A DNA stretch of 42,415 nt from Candidatus Alcyoniella australis. Lineage in GTDB: Bacteria > Lernaellota > Lernaellaia > JAVCCG01 > Alcyoniellaceae. Both the position numbers and the translations under genes were made by a program. The notes beneath the pieces were generated by a model that did no database searches, was not told where the DNA came from, and worked only from the letters and a program-made list of their open reading frames with translations. Of the stretch, positions 35,466 to 42,415 are shown one piece after another (position 1 is the stretch's first letter; the number at the start of each line of letters is the position of its first letter). The DNA lies in the NCBI GenBank assembly GCA_030765605.1, contig JAVCCG010000061.1, positions 1 to 42,415 on the forward strand. The letters run 5' to 3'.

Positions 35466-38345
35466 ATGCATCGTATCGCCTGCTCCTTGTTACTGATCGT
35501 GCTGCTCGTGCTCGGGCTGTGCCTGCCCTCTCTGGCCTACGACTCGCGCCTTGTTTGGCGCACGTTGGAGACCGAACACTTCTACGTACACTTCCACGAT
35601 GGCGAGCGCGAGCTGGCGCTGCGTGCCGCAATCCTCGCCGAACAGGTCTTCGACATGCTCTCCGAGCAGCTTGATTGGCAGCCTTGGGGCAAGGTCCAGC
35701 TGGTAATCGCCGACGACTCGGACCGCGCCAACGGCTGGGCGAGCACCATTCCCTACAACACCGTGCGGCTCTATGCCACGGCCCCGACCTCGGATCAGCG
35801 CATCGACGAATACGGGGATTGGTTCCACGGCCTGCTGATGCACGAGATGACCCACGTGCTGCACATCGACCAGGCGCGCGGATTCAACCGGCTGTTCCGC
35901 GCGATCTTCGGCCGGGTCTACGCGGTCAACGGCATCCACCCGATTTTGCAGATCGAGGGGCTGGCCGTGCTCAAGGAGACCAGCAACACCGAGCACGGCC
36001 GCGGTCGCTCGAGCCTGACCCAGATGTATCTGCGCGCAGCGATTCTCGAGGACCGCTTCCCGAGCATCGATCAGTCCACCACGTTCTTTCTGCGCTGGCC
36101 GGGCTCGGCCGTGCCCTACCTGTTCGGCGGCGCGTTCCACGTCTACGTGGCGGACAACTACGGTGAGAATTGCTGGACGCAGATCTCGAAACGCCACTCG
36201 CGCCAAGTCTGGCCGTTTCTCTACAACAGCAACGCCGAGCGCGTAATCGGCAAGAGCCTGGTCACCCTTTGGCGCGAATGGCAGACCGTGCTGCGCTCGC
36301 GCTTTGAGCGCCAGGCCGCACAGATTCGCTCCCAGGGCCTGTACCGGGGCGAGCGCGTGACGTTCAGCGGCTACCAGACGCGCAAACCGACATTCGCCGG
36401 GCCGCGCAGCCTCTACTTTCAGCAGCGCACACCGCGCCGTAAGAACCGGATCATGCTGCTCGACCTTCAGACCAGTCGTACGAGCAAGGTGGCCCTGATC
36501 GATGGCCCGGGGGGCATGGACGCCCTGGGCAACGATCTGCTGGTCTATTCCGACGACCGCGTGTATCAGATCGACTACCTGTTCAAGGACCTGTTCCTGA
36601 TCGACCGACGGCCGCGTAGCGAACGGATCACCAGCGGCAAACGCCAACGGCTGACGCGCGGCGCGCGCCTGCTCGACCCGGCGTTCTTCAGCGACGGCAA
36701 ACGCGTGCTGGCCGTGCAGAACCGCCTGCAGTCCAAAGACCTGGTGATCTACGACCTGGAGACGCGGAGCATCGAACGCGTTAGCGACCTAAGCCCCGAG
36801 CTGGTGCAGTTCGATCGGCCCGACGTGCACACCGATGGCCGCCGCGCGGCAGTGGCCGCGTGGCACGAGCGCGGCGAACGCGACATCTATCTCTACGACT
36901 TAGAGGACCACGTTTTCACGCGACTGACATCGCATCCGGCTAAGGAGATCGACCCGCAGTTCACGCCCGACGGCGAGTTGCTGTTGTTCAGCTCGGACCG
37001 CAGCGGCGTGTACAACATCTACGCCCTGGACCTGCCTAAGCAACGGCTGTTTCAATTGACCAACGTGCTCGGCGGCGCGTTCTGGCCCAGCGTCAGCTCG
37101 GATGGCGAGCTGCTGGCCTACACCGGCTACACTGCCGACGGGTTCGACGTGTTCGTGCTCGAGCTCGACAAAGCCTGGTGGCGCGAGGTGCCCTACGAGC
37201 CGCCCGCGCCCAGCGGGCCGCCGCGCAACGGCAACCCTATCGATCTCCAGGCCGCGGCCGAGCAGTTCCCCGAGCATAAATACAGCCCGTGGCGCACGAT
37301 CTGGCCGCGCTATTGGCTGCCCGAGCTTGGCACCACGGCCGATGAAACACTGTTCGGCATCACCACCTCGGGCCGCGACGTGCTGCAGTACCACTCCTAT
37401 TCGGCCACCGCGCTCTACGGGCCGCAGAGCGAATTCCTCAGCTACTGGCTGAGCTACGCCAACCGCCAGCTGTGGCCGACGATCAGGCTCAACCAGGCGG
37501 CCTTCGCCGACTCCTACGGCAAGCTGATCCGGCTGCCCGACGGGCGCCGCCGCCAGTACTTCGAGCGCCGGATAACCGGCAGCGTAGGGGCCTACGCGCC
37601 GATCGTCGAGCACCTCGTGGCGGGCGCGAGCTATCGCATTCAACAGCGCGACAACATCACACGCATCCCCTCCGACGCGATCAACCCACCCAATACCGGG
37701 CTGTTCTCCGGCCTGGCGCTGAGCCTGAGTTTCAACAACACGCAGAGCTACGGCCGCTCGATCAGCCCCGAGCGCGGCGTGGATTTGGGACTGGGCTTCA
37801 ACTGGTGGGCCGATTGGCTGGGCTCGGATTACGACCTGCGAATCATCAGCGCCTCGGCCCGCGCCTACCAGGGGCTGTGGCTCAATCACGCCTTGGCCCT
37901 GCGATTGGTCGGCGGACTGGCCCAAGGCGACGTGCTGCGCCAACGCACTTTCCGCCTCGGCGGGTTCGGCGGCAGCGGCGCATTTGCCGTGCCTTCCGAG
38001 GGCAGCTACTTTATGCGCGGGTTCGGCGCATCGCAGTTCAAGGGTCAGCGCATCGTCGCGGGTTCGGTTGAATACCGGCTGCCGATCTGGTGGATCGACC
38101 GCGGCATCAGCACCTGGCCGATCTACTTCAAGGTCTTGCACGCCAACCTGTTCTACGACACCGGCCAAAGCTTTGATCGCCTGGACTTCAAGCCGCGCGA
38201 CCTGCACCAAGGCCTGGGCGCGGAAATCAAGCTCGATACGCGCTTGGCCTACGGCATGGCGGTCAACTTCCGTTTCGCCCTGGCACAGGGATTGGGCGAT
38301 GAGGGCGACCTGCGCTACATGTACTACCTGGGCGGCCTTTTCTAG
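35466..38345 (+). CDS. Putative outer-membrane protein (959 aa): HEXXH metallopeptidase-like N-domain, TolB-like (PD40/WD40-like) beta-propeller region, C-terminal beta-barrel ending in Phe
   Basis: Signal peptide MHRIACSLLLIVLLVLGLCLPSLA. Zinc motif LLMHEMTHVLHI, with a downstream Glu in QIEGLAV. PD40-like repeats (FSSDRSGVYNIYALDL, SSDGELLAYTGY). The C-terminus, with alternating aromatic strands ending YMYYLGGLF, looks like an outer-membrane barrel (inference). Confidence 0.55.
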   Translation: MHRIACSLLLIVLLVLGLCLPSLAYDSRLVWRTLETEHFYVHFHDGERELALRAAILAEQVFDMLSEQLDWQPWGKVQLVIADDSDRANGWASTIPYNTVRLYATAPTSDQRIDEYGDWFHGLLMHEMTHVLHIDQARGFNRLFRAIFGRVYAVNGIHPILQIEGLAVLKETSNTEHGRGRSSLTQMYLRAAILEDRFPSIDQSTTFFLRWPGSAVPYLFGGAFHVYVADNYGENCWTQISKRHSRQVWPFLYNSNAERVIGKSLVTLWREWQTVLRSRFERQAAQIRSQGLYRGERVTFSGYQTRKPTFAGPRSLYFQQRTPRRKNRIMLLDLQTSRTSKVALIDGPGGMDALGNDLLVYSDDRVYQIDYLFKDLFLIDRRPRSERITSGKRQRLTRGARLLDPAFFSDGKRVLAVQNRLQSKDLVIYDLETRSIERVSDLSPELVQFDRPDVHTDGRRAAVAAWHERGERDIYLYDLEDHVFTRLTSHPAKEIDPQFTPDGELLLFSSDRSGVYNIYALDLPKQRLFQLTNVLGGAFWPSVSSDGELLAYTGYTADGFDVFVLELDKAWWREVPYEPPAPSGPPRNGNPIDLQAAAEQFPEHKYSPWRTIWPRYWLPELGTTADETLFGITTSGRDVLQYHSYSATALYGPQSEFLSYWLSYANRQLWPTIRLNQAAFADSYGKLIRLPDGRRRQYFERRITGSVGAYAPIVEHLVAGASYRIQQRDNITRIPSDAINPPNTGLFSGLALSLSFNNTQSYGRSISPERGVDLGLGFNWWADWLGSDYDLRIISASARAYQGLWLNHALALRLVGGLAQGDVLRQRTFRLGGFGGSGAFAVPSEGSYFMRGFGASQFKGQRIVAGSVEYRLPIWWIDRGISTWPIYFKVLHANLFYDTGQSFDRLDFKPRDLHQGLGAEIKLDTRLAYGMAVNFRFALAQGLGDEGDLRYMYYLGGLF

Positions 38346-38389
38346 GGTCGATTGGCGCCGGATGATGTTGGAGACTAAAGATGATTGGA

Positions 38390-38464
38390 TGGTGCCCCAG
38401 GGAGGGATCGAACCTCCGCACCCGGCTCCGGAGGCCGATGCTCTATCCACTGAGCTACTGGGGC
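38390..38464 (-). tRNA. tRNA-Arg (anticodon CCG)
   Basis: The reverse complement gives GCCCCAGTAGCTCAGTGGATAGAGCATCGGCCTCCGGAGCCGG...GGTTCGATCCCTCCCTGGGGCACCA. The cloverleaf folds by hand. The anticodon loop is CTCCGGA. CCA is encoded. Confidence 0.85.
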
Positions 38465-38468
38465 ATGA

Positions 38469-38544
38469 TGGTGGACGGTAGCGGACTCGAACCGCCGGCC
38501 TCTGCCTTGCGAAAGCAGCGCTCTTCCAACTGAGCTAACCGCCC
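38469..38544 (-). tRNA. tRNA-Ala (anticodon CGC)
   Basis: The reverse complement gives GGGCGGTTAGCTCAGTTGGAAGAGCGCTGCTTTCGCAAGGCAG...GGTTCGAGTCCGCTACCGTCCACCA. The G3:U70 wobble is the Ala identity element. The anticodon loop is TTCGCAA. CCA is encoded. Only 4 nt separate it from tRNA-Arg. Confidence 0.85.
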
Positions 38545-38681
38545 ACTTCCGTTTCCGAGCGACCTTCCGGCCGCACGGAGGCATCTGACTAACATTTTTA
38601 CCCGGTGCGGTCAATTGGAATAGACCGTGATAAACAGAGTATCATCTTGCTCGCACTGTCCTGCGCAGACGGAGGAGCCCG

Positions 38682-39467
38682 ATGCGACGACCGGTGATCG
38701 TTTTAGCTTGCCTATTGCTGCTGCCGCTGATTCTCGGGGCCAGGCCGCTGCCCGACGCGGGCGGCGTCGAATTCTGGGCGTTTGAAACCGGGGACAAGAC
38801 CGTGGCGCTGATCGGCTGCCGCGTGCCGGGCAAGGGCCTGCTCGAATCCCAGGACTGCTCCGCACTGATTAAACCCGGCAGCGTGGTCAAGCTGCATCTG
38901 CCGGACTTCATCTGGCGCGACTTCCGCATCGAACGGCTGGTCGAGCACGAGCAGAGTTCGGGCAACAGTTTCTTCAGCGGAACCTACGTGGGAGAGGCGC
39001 GTCCGGCCGGTAATTTCAAGGTGTTGCAACCGCACAACCCGACCTACGAGAAGATCGCCTTGGAATGGGCGCGCAATCAGGGAGGCGTGGCCGACACGGT
39101 TAAAATCACGCGATTGCTGCGCTTGGACCTGGACTCCGACGGCACGGATGAAGTGCTGCTCGCCTTTGACGGCCCACAGTTCGATTACTTTTCAGAAACG
39201 CCGCAACAGTTCAGCGCGATCTTGTTGCGCAAGATCGTCGGCCCGGGCGTGCAGCAGATTGCGCTGGTGCAAAGATTCCGCGCGGCTATTCAACGCGGCG
39301 ATCTGATGTACCGCTTCGAGCTGCTCAACCTGATCGACGTGGACGGCGACGGAGTGCTCGATCCGCTGATCAGCCTAAACTACTATGAGGGACGCTCGCT
39401 GTACTTCCTGCCCGTGGCCGGTCCCAACGAGGGCAAACGCGTGTGCGGATTCTTCGAGGGAGCATAG
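38682..39467 (+). CDS. Secreted hypothetical protein with two DxDxDG-type (FG-GAP / calcium-binding-like) loops
   Basis: Signal peptide MRRPVIVLACLLLLPLILGA. Loops DLDSDGTDEVLL and DVDGDGVLDPLI. GGAGGAG RBS before the ATG at 38682. Confidence 0.5.
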   Translation: MRRPVIVLACLLLLPLILGARPLPDAGGVEFWAFETGDKTVALIGCRVPGKGLLESQDCSALIKPGSVVKLHLPDFIWRDFRIERLVEHEQSSGNSFFSGTYVGEARPAGNFKVLQPHNPTYEKIALEWARNQGGVADTVKITRLLRLDLDSDGTDEVLLAFDGPQFDYFSETPQQFSAILLRKIVGPGVQQIALVQRFRAAIQRGDLMYRFELLNLIDVDGDGVLDPLISLNYYEGRSLYFLPVAGPNEGKRVCGFFEGA

Positions 39468-39511
39468 CCTTAATTGCCTAATCCCGGCCGACCCTGAAAG
39501 AGCAACTGCGA

Positions 39512-40540
39512 ATGAACGACGTAGAAATAAAAGTAGAGTTCCCGCGCCGCGACCTGGCGCTGATCAAGGTGCCGACCCCCTTTGGCGTGGGGCGCGCCAA
39601 CTGCATTTTGATCAAGCGCGATCCGCTGACCGTGGTCGACTGCGGCACCAACACCGATCGCAGTTACTCGGCGCTGGTCCGCGGCCTGGCCCAGGCCGGT
39701 GTCGAGCCGCGCGACTTGCAACGGATCGTGATCACCCATCTGCACCTGGACCACAGCGGATTGGTGCAACGCCTGGTCGACGCCTCGGGCGCGCAGGTGC
39801 TGTGCCATCCGCGACTGATCGATCAATTCGCCGAGCTGTATGAGCACTGGAAGATCGACAACAGCCATATCGAGGCGCTTTCGCCCTACTTGGGATTGTC
39901 GCCGGAACCGGCGCGGATGCAGCGGCGGATCGCCGAAATGATCCGCAATCTGGGCTGCGAGTACGCCGACGCCCTGCCGTTGAATCCCGGGGAGTCGCTC
40001 GAGTTCGACGGCGCAAGCTGGCAGGTGCTGCACACGCCGGGCCACACCCCTTACTGTCTGAGCCTCTATGACCGCGCGGGCCGCACACTGATCAGCGGCG
40101 ATTTTTTACTGGAAAAGATCACGCCCAATCCGCTGCTGCACCGTCCGTCGGAACCCGGCGCGCTGGGATTGGACGCCCTGGTGATGATGCTCGACTCGCT
40201 GGCGAAGATCCGATCGTTGAAGATCGACAGCGTGCTGCCCGGACACGGCTCGGCCTTCGGCGATCCGCGATTGCTGATCCAAAGCCAGTTGCAACACCGT
40301 CGTCAACGCCACGGGCAACTGCTCGACGCCCTCGAGCCCGGGCCGTTGAACGCCCACGAGTTGATCGCCTGCCTGTTTCCCAATCTGCCGCCCACGGAAA
40401 TCTTCCTCGGACTCTCCGAGGTGATGGCCCACGTGGGCCTGGCCCTGCATAACAACGAGCTTTGTTGCGAGGTACGCGACGGATTGATGCTCTTCAGCCG
40501 CTCAAAGGTTGCGCCCGGGTCGTCGTTGGTTTTTCAGTAG
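39512..40540 (+). CDS. MBL-fold metallo-hydrolase
   Basis: VITHLHLDHSG (HxHxDH) plus downstream His and Asp ligands (HTPGHTP). 342 aa. Confidence 0.75.
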   Translation: MNDVEIKVEFPRRDLALIKVPTPFGVGRANCILIKRDPLTVVDCGTNTDRSYSALVRGLAQAGVEPRDLQRIVITHLHLDHSGLVQRLVDASGAQVLCHPRLIDQFAELYEHWKIDNSHIEALSPYLGLSPEPARMQRRIAEMIRNLGCEYADALPLNPGESLEFDGASWQVLHTPGHTPYCLSLYDRAGRTLISGDFLLEKITPNPLLHRPSEPGALGLDALVMMLDSLAKIRSLKIDSVLPGHGSAFGDPRLLIQSQLQHRRQRHGQLLDALEPGPLNAHELIACLFPNLPPTEIFLGLSEVMAHVGLALHNNELCCEVRDGLMLFSRSKVAPGSSLVFQ

Positions 40541-41502
40541 ATCTTGTTCTCGCGGTACCACTGGTCCGCCCGTGCCACGCTTTGCTCGAACGGACGGCAG
40601 TCATAGCCCAGCTCCTCGCGAGCCTTGTCGCAGCAGTAATACATCTCATGGGCCACGATCCGCATCTCGTCGATGCTTAAAACCGGCGAGCGGCCCAGCA
40701 GCGAAAGCACGCGCGATCCGGTAAGCAGGGCGCGGGCCGAAATCATCTTCTCGGGTGCCGTGCCGCCCACGGTGTCGGCGATGCGTCGCATAGCGTCGAT
40801 AAAGCCGATGTTCTCGCCGCCGAGAATGTAGCTCTCGCCCTTACGCCCGCTTTGCATGGCCGAGACGATCCCGGCCGCGACGTCGGCCACGTCGGCGAAG
40901 CACGATCCGCCCGGCACCCCGTAGGTCAGTTTGCTGTTGCGGATCTCGCTGATCAGGCGGCCGGTGGTCAGCTTGCTGTCGTAAGGGCCGATCATCGCCG
41001 CCGGGTTGACGATCACCGCATCGAGCCCCGCCTCCATTGCCCCGCGCACCTCGAGCTCGGCCATGTGCTTGGTGCGGAAGTAGACGATCGAGTCCAGCCA
41101 CTTTGGCCGCGGTGTGCCCTCGCAGGCCGGATGGTCGATCGTGCCCGGCCCGATGGTGCAGATCGTGCTCACGTGCACCATCCGCTGAACCCGGGCGCGA
41201 CGGCAGGCCTGAAGCACGTTGTACGTGCCGTCGCGAGCCACGCTCATCACCCTGCTCGTGTGATGGCCGCTTCGCGGCACCTCGGCCGCGGCGTGGATCA
41301 CTGCCTGCGCGCCCTCAAACGCCCGCTGCAGCGAATCAACGTCGAATAGATCAATGGTGCGCAATTCGATCGGCAGGCCGTAGATGAATTGATTGTCCGA
41401 TGTTTCGCGTTGCAGCGCGCGGACCTCGTGGCCGCGCTCCAACAATTCTCGTACAAGGCTGGCGCCGAGAAAGCCGGTTGCTCCAGTGAGTGCAACGATC
41501 AT
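40534..41502 (-). CDS. NAD(P)-dependent epimerase/dehydratase-family (extended SDR) protein
   Basis: MIVALTGATGFLGASLVRELLERGHEVRAL is a Rossmann GxxGxxG fold. The extended SDR layout has the catalytic YxxxK region (YFRTKHMAE). Confidence 0.7.
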   Translation of the reverse strand: MIVALTGATGFLGASLVRELLERGHEVRALQRETSDNQFIYGLPIELRTIDLFDVDSLQRAFEGAQAVIHAAAEVPRSGHHTSRVMSVARDGTYNVLQACRRARVQRMVHVSTICTIGPGTIDHPACEGTPRPKWLDSIVYFRTKHMAELEVRGAMEAGLDAVIVNPAAMIGPYDSKLTTGRLISEIRNSKLTYGVPGGSCFADVADVAAGIVSAMQSGRKGESYILGGENIGFIDAMRRIADTVGGTAPEKMISARALLTGSRVLSLLGRSPVLSIDEMRIVAHEMYYCCDKAREELGYDCRPFEQSVARADQWYRENKIY

Positions 41503-41584
41503 CTTTATTATTTTTTCACGAATCGGCTGCGATGCAAAATGGAAAAACAGTTGACAGCCGGTCGGTCCGGCCCAGGATAGGCTA

Positions 41585-42214
41585 ATGGATGAGCAGTTTC
41601 CCTACAGCAGGCTCCGGCAAGGGACTGAGGAGAGCAGCGATCCGCAAAGCCGATCAATGCGTGAACGCCTGCATCGAAAGCGCCGTAGCGGGCTTTACGA
41701 GCGCTACGGATTGATCTTCGAGCATTGCGGCGAGTTGCACGGCCGTAGCGTGTTGATCTGCGGCCGCGCCCTCGAGGGCTATCTGCCCGCGTTGCTCAAA
41801 TCCGGCGTGCAAAGCGTGTGCGCAATGGTCGACGACCCGGGCGAGGCCCAGCGGCTGCGCTCGACATTTGGGGGGTCGGACTGCGAGGTGCTGCTGGGCA
41901 ACGTGCTCGAGCATGGGTTCGGCACGCGGCGCTTCGACGTGGTGTTGGCCGTGGGCGCGTTCTACGAGCTGCACGATCCGCGAATGCAGTTGGCGCGGCT
42001 GTTCTCGCTGTGCTCGGGCCGAATGCTGGCCGACTTCGCCCTGCGCACGATCTGGGGCTCACCGCTGATCAAGCGGCGGCTGGACCTGCGCGGCCGCGAC
42101 CCGCTGCTGATCGACAAACGCGAGTTGGGGCTAATCGCCTGCTCATTGGAGCCGCGCCGCCTGCGCCTGATCCAGGGGCGATCGGGCCTACTGCTGCTGA
42201 TTGCGGATAAGTAG
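41585..42214 (+). CDS. Hypothetical protein, possibly a class I SAM-dependent methyltransferase-like fold
   Basis: VLICGRALEGYL (motif I-like) and RFDVVLAVGAFYELHDP (motif II/III-like). The resemblance is weak. The start is uncertain. Confidence 0.35.
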   Translation: MDEQFPYSRLRQGTEESSDPQSRSMRERLHRKRRSGLYERYGLIFEHCGELHGRSVLICGRALEGYLPALLKSGVQSVCAMVDDPGEAQRLRSTFGGSDCEVLLGNVLEHGFGTRRFDVVLAVGAFYELHDPRMQLARLFSLCSGRMLADFALRTIWGSPLIKRRLDLRGRDPLLIDKRELGLIACSLEPRRLRLIQGRSGLLLLIADK

Positions 42215-42228
42215 TAGAAACAACGACC

Positions 42229-42255
42229 CACCCCGCATCGGAAAATGGGGGGTGG
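42229..42255 (+). terminator. Candidate stem-loop CCACCCC-(loop)-GGGGTGG downstream of the 41585..42214 gene
   Basis: Seen in the sequence. 7-bp GC stem. The loop (~13 nt) is long. It is followed by an AT-rich tract but no clean U-run. Confidence 0.3.
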
Positions 42256-42257
42256 AT

Positions 42258-42279
42258 AATAATGTTGAATAACATTATT
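42258..42279. repeat. AT-rich palindrome AATAATGTT-gaat-AACATTATT (9-bp perfect arms) in an otherwise GC-rich context
   Basis: Seen in the sequence, immediately after the candidate terminator hairpin. Confidence 0.4.
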
Positions 42280-42415
42280 GGGTAGGCGCTCGGCAGAAAT
42301 CAGGTTGAGATTTTTTCGGATTGCCGGTCCGAAATACGCTGAGGTAGTTGTCTGGTTCGCACGGGGGCTTGCTCAGCGGGTTCTCAAAGGCGCCCAGTTA
42401 ATCGAGACAGGTTAA

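Noticed and set aside
1-42415. CRISPR arrays, rRNA genes, integrases or transposases
   Set aside because: No direct-repeat/spacer periodicity, no rRNA-like conserved blocks, and no DDE or tyrosine-recombinase motifs in any long ORF.

Overview
This is a high-GC (roughly 65%) bacterial chromosomal segment of about 40 genes, read directly from the six-frame track and the sequence. Coordinates taken from the sequence line labels may be off by 1 nt in places, because the labels and the ORF track disagree by 1 nt around 31845-31861.

Housekeeping content:
- A truncated ogt (O6-methylguanine methyltransferase) runs off the left edge.
- zupT (ZIP zinc transporter), a CPBP intramembrane protease, a gcvH-gcvPA-gcvPB glycine-cleavage cluster with no adjacent gcvT.
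- lipA, recG, and a pyrR-pyrB-pyrC pyrimidine operon that continues into a hypothetical protein and a PflX-like radical SAM protein.
- A tandem tRNA-Ala(CGC)/tRNA-Arg(CCG) pair, an MBL-fold hydrolase and an SDR epimerase.

Envelope and secreted proteins:
- Three lipoproteins (two tandem GH5 glycoside hydrolases and one transglutaminase-like protein) whose lipobox Cys is followed directly by poly-Asp runs of 5-13 residues.
- A 1322-aa S8 subtilase / FG-GAP propeller protein ending in an acidic tail plus SGCCG.
- A 959-aa putative outer-membrane protein that fuses a HEXXH metallopeptidase-like domain, a TolB-like propeller and a C-terminal barrel ending in Phe.
- An SPFH/band-7 protein with four C-terminal zinc ribbons, a FYDLN_acid protein and an FmdB zinc-ribbon protein.
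- A radical SAM/SPASM enzyme with an N-terminal extension, preceded by a small membrane-peptide ORF and a TPR membrane protein.

The most distinctive non-coding feature is a conserved ~26-nt intergenic motif (GAACCCTCATGAAT.ATCCAGGCTAG). It occurs at five or more loci, all promoter-proximal. One copy is a perfect 12-bp-arm palindrome. Two inverted copies form a 20-bp perfect inverted repeat around a 141-nt leader.

Lineage is uncertain. The gene content and GC are compatible with a Myxococcota/Deltaproteobacteria-like or uncultivated lineage. No CRISPR array, rRNA or obvious transposase was seen.
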